From assembly GCA_028286905.1 (NCBI GenBank), contig JAQBQP010000002.1, forward strand, positions 245,458 through 309,457: a stretch of DNA of 64,000 nucleotides, in the 5' to 3' direction. The position numbers and the translations under genes were made by a program. Origin of the DNA: Candidatus Doudnabacteria bacterium. GTDB lineage: Bacteria; Patescibacteriota; Doudnabacteria; UBA920; VMFF01. How positions within the stretch are numbered: the first letter of the stretch is position 1; each line of letters begins with the position of its first letter. The notes beneath the pieces are model-generated. The model searched no databases. It was not told the origin of the DNA and worked only from the letters and a program-made list of their open reading frames with translations. Shown one piece after another: positions 9,269 to 18,262 of this stretch.

Positions 9269-10894
9269 ATGCAGAACCGCATCGCTCGCATCGTTTTCGC
9301 GATCGTGTGCTCTCTCGCCTTTGTCGCTCAAAACGCTGTGGCCCAAGCAAAGGTTGCAGGCGTTGAGGTGACGAAGCAGGGAGTCACGGTTCGTTCCTGG
9401 CGCTTCCTCGATCCCGAGGAGCTGTTCAAGGATTACCACAACGCGCCGCAGGCACAGATCGTCAATCTGACTTGTGCCGACACGGCGCAGGCGGGAGCGA
9501 TCATTAACGCCGAGCCGCATACCTTCGGTGGGATGCTGCAGCGGCTGAATGCGTTGCGGGCAGGGTGCAAGAACACCATGCAGGGCAGCTTCACCCGCAA
9601 CGTCCGCTTGGTCACCGCCAGCGAGATGTCGGCGGCAGAACTGCTCGGCTACAATCGCGTCGATGCCAAGACCTACACCACGAACCGGAGCCCCTGGAAG
9701 CAGAAAGGCTTCAAGACGGTGAAGGAACTGTGCCTGTACGCCAAGAGTGACAAGGCGTATCAGAATCTCTTGGTGTCGAAGGACAAGGAAGAGGGTGCAG
9801 AAGTTCTGCGCTACCTTTCGAATTCCTGCGAGACGCTCGATCCGCATGTCTCGGAGATCGAAGCCCCAATCGGGGCGTTGGTCGCTGAAGATCTCGGACT
9901 GAGCGGCGCGGCGCACAATGTCTGGCTGACCGAGCCGGTGAAGCTGGTTCAGGTCGAGACCGAAGACGGCGCCGTCCGGTGGTTCAAGTACAGCTGTGCG
10001 AACGAGGATTTCCCCGTGCTGCGCGTCGAGTACACGATCTCGTACGAGGTACCCGCGCCGAAGTTCGCGCGGTTGGCGATCAGCAAGCAGGTTCGCCTCT
10101 GGGATCACGCCGCAACCAAGCGTTATTCCGACGAAACGTGGGCGAAGTCGGTTACGGTCGATTCGACGCAGGCGTCGCAGTTGATGCCGGTGCAGTATCT
10201 GGTGGTCGTGAAGAGCGTTGGTGACGCAACGGCAACCAACGTACAGGTTCGCGACGAGCCCTCGGTTCGCGACGGACGCTGGTTGATCCTCATTGACCCT
10301 AACTCGCCGTTGGCGAATCCGGTCAATGCAGGCAGCCTGCAGCCGGGCGACTCGCTGGTCTATTTGGTTCATGCTACGGCGCGATCCGGGTGGGTTGGCA
10401 CGGAAACGAATCATGCATTCGCAAAGGCAGACAATGCCTCTGAGGTGCAAGATGTCGCTCAGGTGATTCGGCAGAAAGCGCCCGCGCCTGTCGCGGTTGC
10501 AGAAGCCGGGTTCTACTGCGGGCGGGGTTTCAAGGAAGCCGCTGTTTGTGTCTTGGCTACCTGCGCTACCGTTACGGTGGTCGGGGACGCCGCTGGCTAC
10601 AAGAACATCTGCGGCTTTCCACTCGGCGGCACGGAAGAGAAGACCGGCAACAAGCCGGTCGGTCAGCCGATCACGCAGCTCGATGTCATCTCCTTGCGGA
10701 GTGGCGCGAGCTTAAGCGTCGGCATCAGCCCGTCGCCAGTTGCATCCTCTCAGATGCAGCTGCGTAACTCCAACCTCATCCCGATACTTCCCAGTGTTGG
10801 ATCGCGTCTGAGCATTCGCTCATACCAGTTCAACGCCGGCGTGTCGGTAGGTTTCAACAAGATTCAGTCAGTACTCGGCAAGTTCGCGAAGTAG
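9269..10894 (+). CDS. secreted Cys-rich protein with DUF11-like repeat, encoded in a GC-rich foreign-looking island
   Basis: Signal peptide (MQNRIARIVFAIVCSLAFVAQNAVAQA). DUF11-like segment (YLVVVKSVGDATATNVQVRDEP). About 60% GC against about 38% in the flanks. GAGGT RBS 8 nt upstream of the ATG. Confidence 0.6.
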   Translation: MQNRIARIVFAIVCSLAFVAQNAVAQAKVAGVEVTKQGVTVRSWRFLDPEELFKDYHNAPQAQIVNLTCADTAQAGAIINAEPHTFGGMLQRLNALRAGCKNTMQGSFTRNVRLVTASEMSAAELLGYNRVDAKTYTTNRSPWKQKGFKTVKELCLYAKSDKAYQNLLVSKDKEEGAEVLRYLSNSCETLDPHVSEIEAPIGALVAEDLGLSGAAHNVWLTEPVKLVQVETEDGAVRWFKYSCANEDFPVLRVEYTISYEVPAPKFARLAISKQVRLWDHAATKRYSDETWAKSVTVDSTQASQLMPVQYLVVVKSVGDATATNVQVRDEPSVRDGRWLILIDPNSPLANPVNAGSLQPGDSLVYLVHATARSGWVGTETNHAFAKADNASEVQDVAQVIRQKAPAPVAVAEAGFYCGRGFKEAAVCVLATCATVTVVGDAAGYKNICGFPLGGTEEKTGNKPVGQPITQLDVISLRSGASLSVGISPSPVASSQMQLRNSNLIPILPSVGSRLSIRSYQFNAGVSVGFNKIQSVLGKFAK

Positions 10895-10926
10895 TTCGCG
10901 GCAAACCGGTTCTGTTGAATCGCAGT

Positions 10927-10960
10927 AACGGCAAGGTGAGCTATTCCCATAGCTCACCTT
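10927..10960. repeat. perfect 15-bp inverted repeat (GGCAAGGTGAGCTAT-tccc-ATAGCTCACCTTGCC) at the right edge of the GC-rich island
   Basis: Seen directly in the sequence. No downstream T-run, so not a classic intrinsic terminator. Confidence 0.7.
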
Positions 10961-11070
10961 GCCACACTTCACTTTTGACTCGTAAGAGTAGTTTGTAAGA
11001 ATTGCAAATTTCTCTTACTAGTTAAGCCAATAATTAGTAAGTAATTAACCGCATAATTTAAGGAAAAAAC

Positions 11071-14000
11071 ATGATAAGAAAATTTTTGGAAAGGATCAGA
11101 TTCAAATATCTTGCGCTTGCAATAGTTTTTATTGCAATTGCAGCTTTTGGATTTAATCACTTGCGCAATAGCGCGAACGCTGATAGCTGTGGTAATGCTC
11201 CGCTTACTCCGGCTTTCAACATCTGGCCCTTAGCTTGGACCAGCAGCAACTGTCAGGACTTACCATTAATCGAAACTAAGAACTTGAATGGTACTGGCAG
11301 AGATGCCCGTTACTCTTTGAGTCAGTCAGAACATGACGCCGGTATTAACGTAAATCCTGGTGATTCAGTCCGTGTCGCAGTTTACTTCCATAATGGTGCA
11401 AGTCCCGACGATCAAGAAGCAGCAACAGCGCACAACGTTCTTGTTGCAACTCAAATCGATAGCTTATCAGGAACTTCTCATAATGTTTCTGGAGCAATAA
11501 CTGGAACCGGCACCCCGGCTTATAGCTATTACTCTGAAACCGGCGGCGATACTAAAATTAACTCTTCGGTTCCAACAACATTGACATACGTATCTGGCTC
11601 AACCCAGATGTGTATTAGAGATGCAGCTGCTCAAGAATATGGCCTTACTAGTGCCGGTTCTTGTGGAAGCGGTCAAACCTTAGTTGCCGAACCGGATGGC
11701 ATTTTTAACGGCGCAATTAATATTGGTGACGTTAAAGCTTGTTTCCCATACTCGGGTTTAATTATTTTCACTTTGAAAGCTAATGGTCAAACCCCTCCAG
11801 CAAATACAAGCACGACCCTACAAGTTACAAAAACTGTTAGAAATGTAGCGCGAGGCGGAACTGCTTATGGCAAAACTGCATCAGCTGCAAACGGTGAGCC
11901 AGTTGATTTTGAAATTACTGTGAAAAATACTGGCAGTGTAACAGCTACAAATGTTTTCTTAAATGACAATGCGGTTTCTGGCTTAACCTTCTCAAGCGGT
12001 ACAAATGCTACAGGCAGTTTACCGTTAGGGGATTTACAACCTGGGCAAACTTCTGCTCCAGTTAATTTCACTGCAACTTTCAATTCTTCTTCTGCTGTAA
12101 CAAACGTTGCAATTGCAAGAGCATCTAATGCTCCTGACGCTCAAGATTCAGCAACTGTAACTCCAGTCACTGTTGTAGTACCTTCTAACCCTGCTTTATC
12201 TCTTGTTAAAACAGTTAGAAATCTTACAACTTCTGGGACTTTTGCAAAAACTGCAAATGCTACTCAAAGTGACATGGTTGAATACAAAGTAGTTATAACA
12301 AACACAGGCAATGCTACAGTGAACAATTTAGCGTTGAAAGATCAATTACCAAATGGAATTATTTTGAATAGCCCTCAGAGCGGCTCTGTCTTTAGCGATA
12401 TGCTAGGCAGCTTGGCTTCAACCATGACATGGACTATTACTTACCAGGCTACTGTTAGTGCAAATTCAGGCTCATTAATTAATACTGCTACCGTTACCTC
12501 AAGCAATACTAGCCCTGCAACCGACTCTGCAACAGTAAATGTAACTCCTGTTGTTAACACTACTCGTTCACTAACTATCACTAAACAAGTTCGCGATAAC
12601 ACTCAAGGTAACACCGGATATGCTTCTAGCTTAAATGCATTTAATGGTGATACTCTGCAATACCAAATTATTGTTAAGAATACTGGCAATGCTACATTAA
12701 ATAATGTTGTAGTAAACGATCCAATTCCTGGTGGTTTAAATATCGTGGCAAATAGCTTCGGTACTAACCCAGCAACTAATTCTACAATAAACAATATTAC
12801 AATTGGTTCACTAGCAGTAGGGCAGCAATTTGTTATAAACTTTAACACTACAGTTAATCTTTCAAGCCCAGCTTGTGGCACTATTAATAACACTGCTACA
12901 GCTTCTGCTGACCAAACCTCTTCACAATCTGCAAGTGCAGTCGTAAATGTAGTTTGTAATCCTCAGCCAGGTACGCTTTCTATTGTAAAATTAGTAAAAA
13001 ATATTACTCAAAATACTAATTACTCAAAGAGCGTAAGCGCTAATCAAGGTGATCGTATTGGATACCAAATTCAAATTACATCTACTAATGGTGCTGCTTC
13101 AAACGTAACAATGCTTGATTCATTGCCAAACTACCTTGTATATGCTACAGGCAGTGGTAAATTGAACGGCAACGCTTTCGCGGATGGATTTATTTCAAAC
13201 TCTCAAAATATCGGCAGCTTAAGCGCTGGCCAAACATCGACTTTTACTTTTGAAACAAATGTTGCAAACAACTTGCCAACATGTCAGCAAACCACAATTA
13301 CTAATACTGCTAGCACATCTGCTGATCGTATGGGTACTATTTCTGACAGCGCAACAGTTTTTGTAACTAATAATAATGGTTGTGGCGGTGGTGGCAGCAC
13401 TTACGCTCAAATGACTATTAACAAATTAGTTAAAAACAGCAATCAAAATAATTCTTTCCAAAAGAGCGTTTCTGCTAACCAAAACGATCGCGTAACTTTC
13501 CAAGTTACCGTTACAAATACTGGTACTGCAACTTTAAGCAACGCTTATGCTACAGATTTGTTACCAAACGGCTTATCTCTAGTATTTGGTACAGTTCGTT
13601 TAGATAACAATACAGCTTCTGACCAATTTATAAACAACCGTTTGTACCTTGGTAGCATGGCTCCTGGCCAGCAACATACAATCACATTTGATGCGACTGT
13701 TAATAACAACGGTACATCAACTATGACTAACGTTGCGCAGGCAGCGGCTGATAACTTCAGCATGATCCAAGACACTGCAAGCGTATTTGTAAGCCAAGTT
13801 CAAGGTTCTAACGTAGTGTTGTCTTACGCAAAGCGTGCGTTTAACGATACAAAAAATATCGATGCAACATCAGCACCTGCTAACAAAGAAGATTACATTA
13901 CTTACACTTTGACAGTTTCGAACACAGGCAACGCTCCAGCAACTAACTTTGTAGTTTCTGATGACTTGTCCAATGTTTTGAACTACGCAACAGTTACAGA

Positions 14001-14313
14001 TATGAACGGCGCAACTATGAACGGCAACGTTATTAGCTGGCCTTCAGAAACAGTTCAAGCAAACAGCTCAATTAGCCATACTTTCAGAGTAAGAGTTAAG
14101 TTTACTCTTCCTGCTGGCTCATTGCAGATGGTAAACACTTATGGTAACACTGTTACTGTAAGAATTACTCAGCCAGTTGTTTTAGGTGCAATCTTTGTTG
14201 CTCCAAAAACTGGTGCGAGCGCAACTGTCGCTTTGGTCTTTGCTGGATTAGTAACTGCATTCTTTGCAGTAGCTAAGTATAAAGGTCTTTTCCCAAAAAT
14301 TCGTTTTGAATAA
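11071..14313 (+). CDS. large surface protein with multiple DUF11 (conserved repeat) domains and C-terminal APKTG sorting-signal-like tail
   Basis: Signal peptide. At least 6 DUF11-type repeats (for example VTKTVRNVARGG...FEITVKNTGSVTATNVFLNDN). C-terminus APKTG, then a 20-aa hydrophobic stretch, then KYKGLFPKIRFE. AAGGA RBS. Confidence 0.75.
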   Translation: MIRKFLERIRFKYLALAIVFIAIAAFGFNHLRNSANADSCGNAPLTPAFNIWPLAWTSSNCQDLPLIETKNLNGTGRDARYSLSQSEHDAGINVNPGDSVRVAVYFHNGASPDDQEAATAHNVLVATQIDSLSGTSHNVSGAITGTGTPAYSYYSETGGDTKINSSVPTTLTYVSGSTQMCIRDAAAQEYGLTSAGSCGSGQTLVAEPDGIFNGAINIGDVKACFPYSGLIIFTLKANGQTPPANTSTTLQVTKTVRNVARGGTAYGKTASAANGEPVDFEITVKNTGSVTATNVFLNDNAVSGLTFSSGTNATGSLPLGDLQPGQTSAPVNFTATFNSSSAVTNVAIARASNAPDAQDSATVTPVTVVVPSNPALSLVKTVRNLTTSGTFAKTANATQSDMVEYKVVITNTGNATVNNLALKDQLPNGIILNSPQSGSVFSDMLGSLASTMTWTITYQATVSANSGSLINTATVTSSNTSPATDSATVNVTPVVNTTRSLTITKQVRDNTQGNTGYASSLNAFNGDTLQYQIIVKNTGNATLNNVVVNDPIPGGLNIVANSFGTNPATNSTINNITIGSLAVGQQFVINFNTTVNLSSPACGTINNTATASADQTSSQSASAVVNVVCNPQPGTLSIVKLVKNITQNTNYSKSVSANQGDRIGYQIQITSTNGAASNVTMLDSLPNYLVYATGSGKLNGNAFADGFISNSQNIGSLSAGQTSTFTFETNVANNLPTCQQTTITNTASTSADRMGTISDSATVFVTNNNGCGGGGSTYAQMTINKLVKNSNQNNSFQKSVSANQNDRVTFQVTVTNTGTATLSNAYATDLLPNGLSLVFGTVRLDNNTASDQFINNRLYLGSMAPGQQHTITFDATVNNNGTSTMTNVAQAAADNFSMIQDTASVFVSQVQGSNVVLSYAKRAFNDTKNIDATSAPANKEDYITYTLTVSNTGNAPATNFVVSDDLSNVLNYATVTDMNGATMNGNVISWPSETVQANSSISHTFRVRVKFTLPAGSLQMVNTYGNTVTVRITQPVVLGAIFVAPKTGASATVALVFAGLVTAFFAVAKYKGLFPKIRFE

Positions 14314-14336
14314 AGACTAGTTTAACAGCAATTAAT

Positions 14337-14366
14337 AAAACCCCTCCCTAAGCAGGAGGGGTTTTA
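14337..14366 (+). terminator. rho-independent terminator (CCCCTCC-ctaagca-GGAGGGG then TTTTAT)
   Basis: GC-rich hairpin plus T-run immediately after the DUF11 protein stop. Confidence 0.7.
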
Positions 14367-14479
14367 TGTTATAATTGAAACATTCTTCATAGATCGAACG
14401 TATAAGATAGTAGGGCGATGTTGCCTAATTGACTTGTTTGATACCAAATGAAAGAATATGAAGACAAATAAAGGATCTA

Positions 14480-16372
14480 ATGAATTTTAAACAAAAAATA
14501 TCTCTAATTGTTGTAGTAATTGCCCTGGCAGTAATGCCAGAATTTTCTGTTTTATCTGCATTTGCTCAAGCACAACCAACGAACGTCGGTGATGCTTTGC
14601 CGGCTGCCGTTAACTCTTTCGTCTTACAGTTAAAAGATGGGAACGATCAAATTTTTTCCAATGACTTAAACGTAAAAAATGTAGAACATGTGTTTTTGAA
14701 CACAGTGGCGCCTCAATTTAAAAATACGGTTCGATTGAATACTACTTATTCACAAAGCGCCTTTCAAAGTAAATACGGTTATGACTTGGTTTATTTAGAT
14801 GTCGAGCATCTGGTAAGTATTGGGGCAATTCAAATTAGCGCCGGACCTTCGGTAAATGATCCGGGTTTTAGTTCGGACCCGAATGATGTGGATCGGCAGT
14901 GGGGTCTTTATAAAGCACATTTTGTGGATGCTTGGAGCCAGGTGCCTTCAGGAAATAATGTCGTCGTTGCGGAAATAGATACCGGTGTTGATGCTACTCA
15001 TGAAGATTTATCTTCTGGCCAAGTGTTGCGAGGCTATAATTTTATTACTAAATCACTGATTGATCCGGCGCAAAATTCTGATGATAATGGACATGGAACG
15101 CTAATTGCTGGAGTTATTGCAGCTACTCAAAATAACTTTCGCGGTATTGCAGGCGCAAGCTGGAACAGTTCAATTATGCCGTTAAAAGCTTTGGACGATA
15201 AAGGCTCTGGGAACTCTGCGGATGTTGCTTCTGCAATTGTTTATGCTGCAGATCATGGCGCCGGGGTTATTAATATGAGTTTAGGCGGATTAGGTTTTTC
15301 TAATGACACTACGCTTTCAAATGCGATCCGCTATGCTTATAACAAAGGAGTAGTAATAGTTTCGGCGGCAGGAAATGATGTCGCAACGACCGGTGGAAAT
15401 TTGGATACCAGCCCCGTTTTTCCGGTTTGTAATGACAACGGGGAAAACATGGTTATTGGCGTAGCTGCTAGTGATGTTAACGATCAAAAAGCCAGTTTTT
15501 CGAACTATGGAAAAGCTTGCGTTGATGTTTCCGCCCCAGGCAAAAGAATTCTTTCTACTATAAATCACGATCCTGTTACGCACTTACCAACAGTTAATGG
15601 TTATGCTTATGCTTCTGGTACTTCATTGGCAACACCTTTTGTTGCTGCAGAAGCAGCAATGATAAAAGCCACTTATCCTTCTTTAAATAATGGTCAAATA
15701 CGAAATAGAATACTAAAGAGTGCTGATTCAATTGATCAATTGAATACTAACGGATGTAATAATCAGTCATGCGCCGGCTTAATTGGCTCGGGCAGAATAA
15801 ATGCGTTAAAAGCGTTAGACCCAGCATTGATTTTTGATACTATTATAAATGAAGGAGATTTGGTTCGGGATACATCAACAAATTTTGTTTATTATATTTC
15901 TGGCGGCAAAAGACAATTGGTTTCGCCGTTTGTTTTAAGCCAAAGGTTTTCTTCAACTTCAATTAAAGATGTTGACCCGAGTGCGTTTAGCAATTTCCCA
16001 TTAGGTTCTTACGCCTTGCCGAATCAAAATACAGTTGTTAAGTCCCAAAGCAGTCCGACCGTCTATATGATTGTGGATGGAATTAAACGCCCTCTAACGT
16101 ATCAAGTTTTTGTTCAAAGAAATATTACAGTAGTAAATACTCTTTTCGATACAGAATTGGCTTCATGGATCACCGGGCAGTTTTTACCTCCGGTTGAAGG
16201 AACAATTGTTCGAGCCCATTCTGGAAAAACTTTGTATTGGGTGATCGATGGTTTATTGCATCCAATCAATTATGCTTTCTGGGTTGATCGCGGCCTGGTC
16301 GGTAGGCAGATATTAGTCATTCCCGATTTAGATTTACAAAGCTATCCAAGCGGTACCGCGTTCATAAAATAA
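14480..16372 (+). CDS. subtilisin-like serine peptidase (S8) with C-terminal repeat modules
   Basis: Signal peptide. Asp (VAEIDTGVD), His (NGHGTLIAG) and Ser (GTSLATPF) triad motifs. About 180-aa C-terminal extension built from 60-aa modules. Confidence 0.85.
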   Translation: MNFKQKISLIVVVIALAVMPEFSVLSAFAQAQPTNVGDALPAAVNSFVLQLKDGNDQIFSNDLNVKNVEHVFLNTVAPQFKNTVRLNTTYSQSAFQSKYGYDLVYLDVEHLVSIGAIQISAGPSVNDPGFSSDPNDVDRQWGLYKAHFVDAWSQVPSGNNVVVAEIDTGVDATHEDLSSGQVLRGYNFITKSLIDPAQNSDDNGHGTLIAGVIAATQNNFRGIAGASWNSSIMPLKALDDKGSGNSADVASAIVYAADHGAGVINMSLGGLGFSNDTTLSNAIRYAYNKGVVIVSAAGNDVATTGGNLDTSPVFPVCNDNGENMVIGVAASDVNDQKASFSNYGKACVDVSAPGKRILSTINHDPVTHLPTVNGYAYASGTSLATPFVAAEAAMIKATYPSLNNGQIRNRILKSADSIDQLNTNGCNNQSCAGLIGSGRINALKALDPALIFDTIINEGDLVRDTSTNFVYYISGGKRQLVSPFVLSQRFSSTSIKDVDPSAFSNFPLGSYALPNQNTVVKSQSSPTVYMIVDGIKRPLTYQVFVQRNITVVNTLFDTELASWITGQFLPPVEGTIVRAHSGKTLYWVIDGLLHPINYAFWVDRGLVGRQILVIPDLDLQSYPSGTAFIK

Positions 16373-16390
16373 AATTAATTGAGGAGTGTT

Positions 16391-18253
16391 ATGTTAAATA
16401 AAAAAAATGCTGTAAGCCTGTTGCTAATCACTGCGGTTATATTTACACCGCTCGCTCAAGCCTTCGCCGATTTTAATCCGAGCAAATTAATTGATGATAA
16501 AACTTTTTCAGATACTCAAACTTTTGGATCTGCTGCAGGAATTCAGCAATTCTTAACAAGCAAAAATAGCCCGCTTGCGGATACTAGCGCAGATTTTTTA
16601 CAGAAATTAAAAGAACCGACGGATTCAATAATTAAAACCGGGTTGGGCGACCCAGAGCCGAATTTAGGCAGGTTGCGCACAGCGGCAGAACTGATTTGGG
16701 ACGCTTCTGTCCAAACTGGCATTAATCCTCAAGTAATTTTAGTAACTCTTCAAAAAGAACAAACTTTAATTACGGGCAGCTTCAGCGCGAGCCGTTTACA
16801 AAGTGCACTTGATCATGCTTTGGGATTTGGTTGCCCTAGCACTGGCTGTGACCAAAACCTTGTGGGTTTTTACCACCAGTTATTTGGCGGTTTTGACGCT
16901 CAAGGAAATAAATATGTTGGCTCTCCTGGTTCGCTGATGCGCAGCTTTAATACCTCCGGCGGACGCGGGCCTTACGTCGATGCTCAAGGCCAAGTTTTTG
17001 GCCCAGGACCCCTTATTCGAATTTCGCATGTTAATGACGTAATCGTATTAGATAATACCTTAGGTGGCCCGCAAAATCCGCAGCCGACTCAAGCTGTCAC
17101 TTTATCAAACAACGCTACTGCCGCATTGTATCGATATACTCCGCATGTTTATAATGGTAATTATAATTTTTGGAAATTTTTTGACCAATGGTTCCGTTAT
17201 CCAAATGGGACATTGTTGAAGCTTGCTTCGGATAACGTTACTTACATTGTGAATAATGGATTAAAATCGGTAATTCCAAACTTTGTTATCCAATCAAGAG
17301 CTTTGAATGTAGCTAGTATTATTACTGTTTCACCGACAGAACTTTCTTCGATAGACCCAGGTCCAATCGTTGGTCCTGCTGATAATGTTATTGTGAAGGT
17401 AGACACTGACCCTACAAAACTTTTTGTTTTTGAAAATAACTTGAAGCATCCTGTTTCATCTTTTGTGCTTAGCCAAAGAGGTTTGAATTCTAAGAGTGCG
17501 CTAACCATTAGCCAATCCGAAGCTGATATGTTTAGCACCTCTTCGTTGTTAACTCCAAAGGAAGGCACTTTAATCAAAGCAACCGGGTCAGGGGCGGTGT
17601 ACGTAATTGCGAATCAAAAGAAGATGGCTTTGAGCGCGTTTACTTTTAAACAGAATAATTACGCAATTAAAAATATTGTAACTTTGCCTGCTGATGAATT
17701 GGCGCAATACGCTGACGGCGGATTCTTATTGCCAAAAAATGGTACTTTAGTTAAGACTGCCGCAAGTCCGGCCGTTTACCAAATTGATAATAGCTTGCTG
17801 CATCCGATATCCAGCGTGGTCTTTAAGCTTCATAACTTCAATTTGAAGAGCGTTGTCACATTAAGCGATGGAGAATTAGCAAATGCATCGATGAGTGTTT
17901 ATGTAACACCTCCAGAAAAAACATTCTTTAAAACTCCAGATGGTTTAGTATACTACTTCGTTGGCGGAACAAAACACACTGTATCAGCATTTGTATTAAA
18001 GCAGCGCAAAGTTTCTCCGATTAACTTAACTGCAGATGAAGCCTTTGTAATTAATGACGGTGCGCCTTTAACTCCAAAAGACGGCACATTAATTAAGGGT
18101 GACAATTCTGGAACAATCTATGTAATTAAGAGTGGCTTAAAAGTTGCTCTAGATTTTAACACCTGGTCTAAGACCTATAAGAAAGCCAAGCCTACCGTGC
18201 TGCCTCAAGCGGAAGTGGATTCCTATCTTGCGCCAGGGGACATAGAGCAGTAA
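16391..18253 (+). CDS. secreted protein with N-terminal unknown domain and about 5 C-terminal 60-aa repeat modules shared with the adjacent S8 peptidase
   Basis: Signal peptide (LLLITAVIFTPLAQAFA). The ORF-track start at 16379 is a TTG inside the RBS (GAGGAG), so the start was moved to the ATG at 16391. Repeats share the motif pattern GTLIKxxxSxxVYVI...K...L...F. Confidence 0.65.
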   Translation: MLNKKNAVSLLLITAVIFTPLAQAFADFNPSKLIDDKTFSDTQTFGSAAGIQQFLTSKNSPLADTSADFLQKLKEPTDSIIKTGLGDPEPNLGRLRTAAELIWDASVQTGINPQVILVTLQKEQTLITGSFSASRLQSALDHALGFGCPSTGCDQNLVGFYHQLFGGFDAQGNKYVGSPGSLMRSFNTSGGRGPYVDAQGQVFGPGPLIRISHVNDVIVLDNTLGGPQNPQPTQAVTLSNNATAALYRYTPHVYNGNYNFWKFFDQWFRYPNGTLLKLASDNVTYIVNNGLKSVIPNFVIQSRALNVASIITVSPTELSSIDPGPIVGPADNVIVKVDTDPTKLFVFENNLKHPVSSFVLSQRGLNSKSALTISQSEADMFSTSSLLTPKEGTLIKATGSGAVYVIANQKKMALSAFTFKQNNYAIKNIVTLPADELAQYADGGFLLPKNGTLVKTAASPAVYQIDNSLLHPISSVVFKLHNFNLKSVVTLSDGELANASMSVYVTPPEKTFFKTPDGLVYYFVGGTKHTVSAFVLKQRKVSPINLTADEAFVINDGAPLTPKDGTLIKGDNSGTIYVIKSGLKVALDFNTWSKTYKKAKPTVLPQAEVDSYLAPGDIEQ

Positions 18254-18262
18254 ACTCTAGAT

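Noticed and set aside
9242-10450. 402-aa minus-strand ORF antisense to the GC-rich island gene
   Set aside because: Long antisense ORFs are expected at about 60% GC. It has an Arg/Leu-rich composition typical of antisense frames, no signal peptide and no RBS. The plus-strand ORF has a signal peptide, an RBS and domain-like segments.
11071-14313. Possible CRISPR-like periodic repeats in the DUF11 gene
   Set aside because: The periodicity is at the protein-domain level (about 100-aa DUF11 repeats), within a continuous ORF. No short direct repeats with unique spacers are present.
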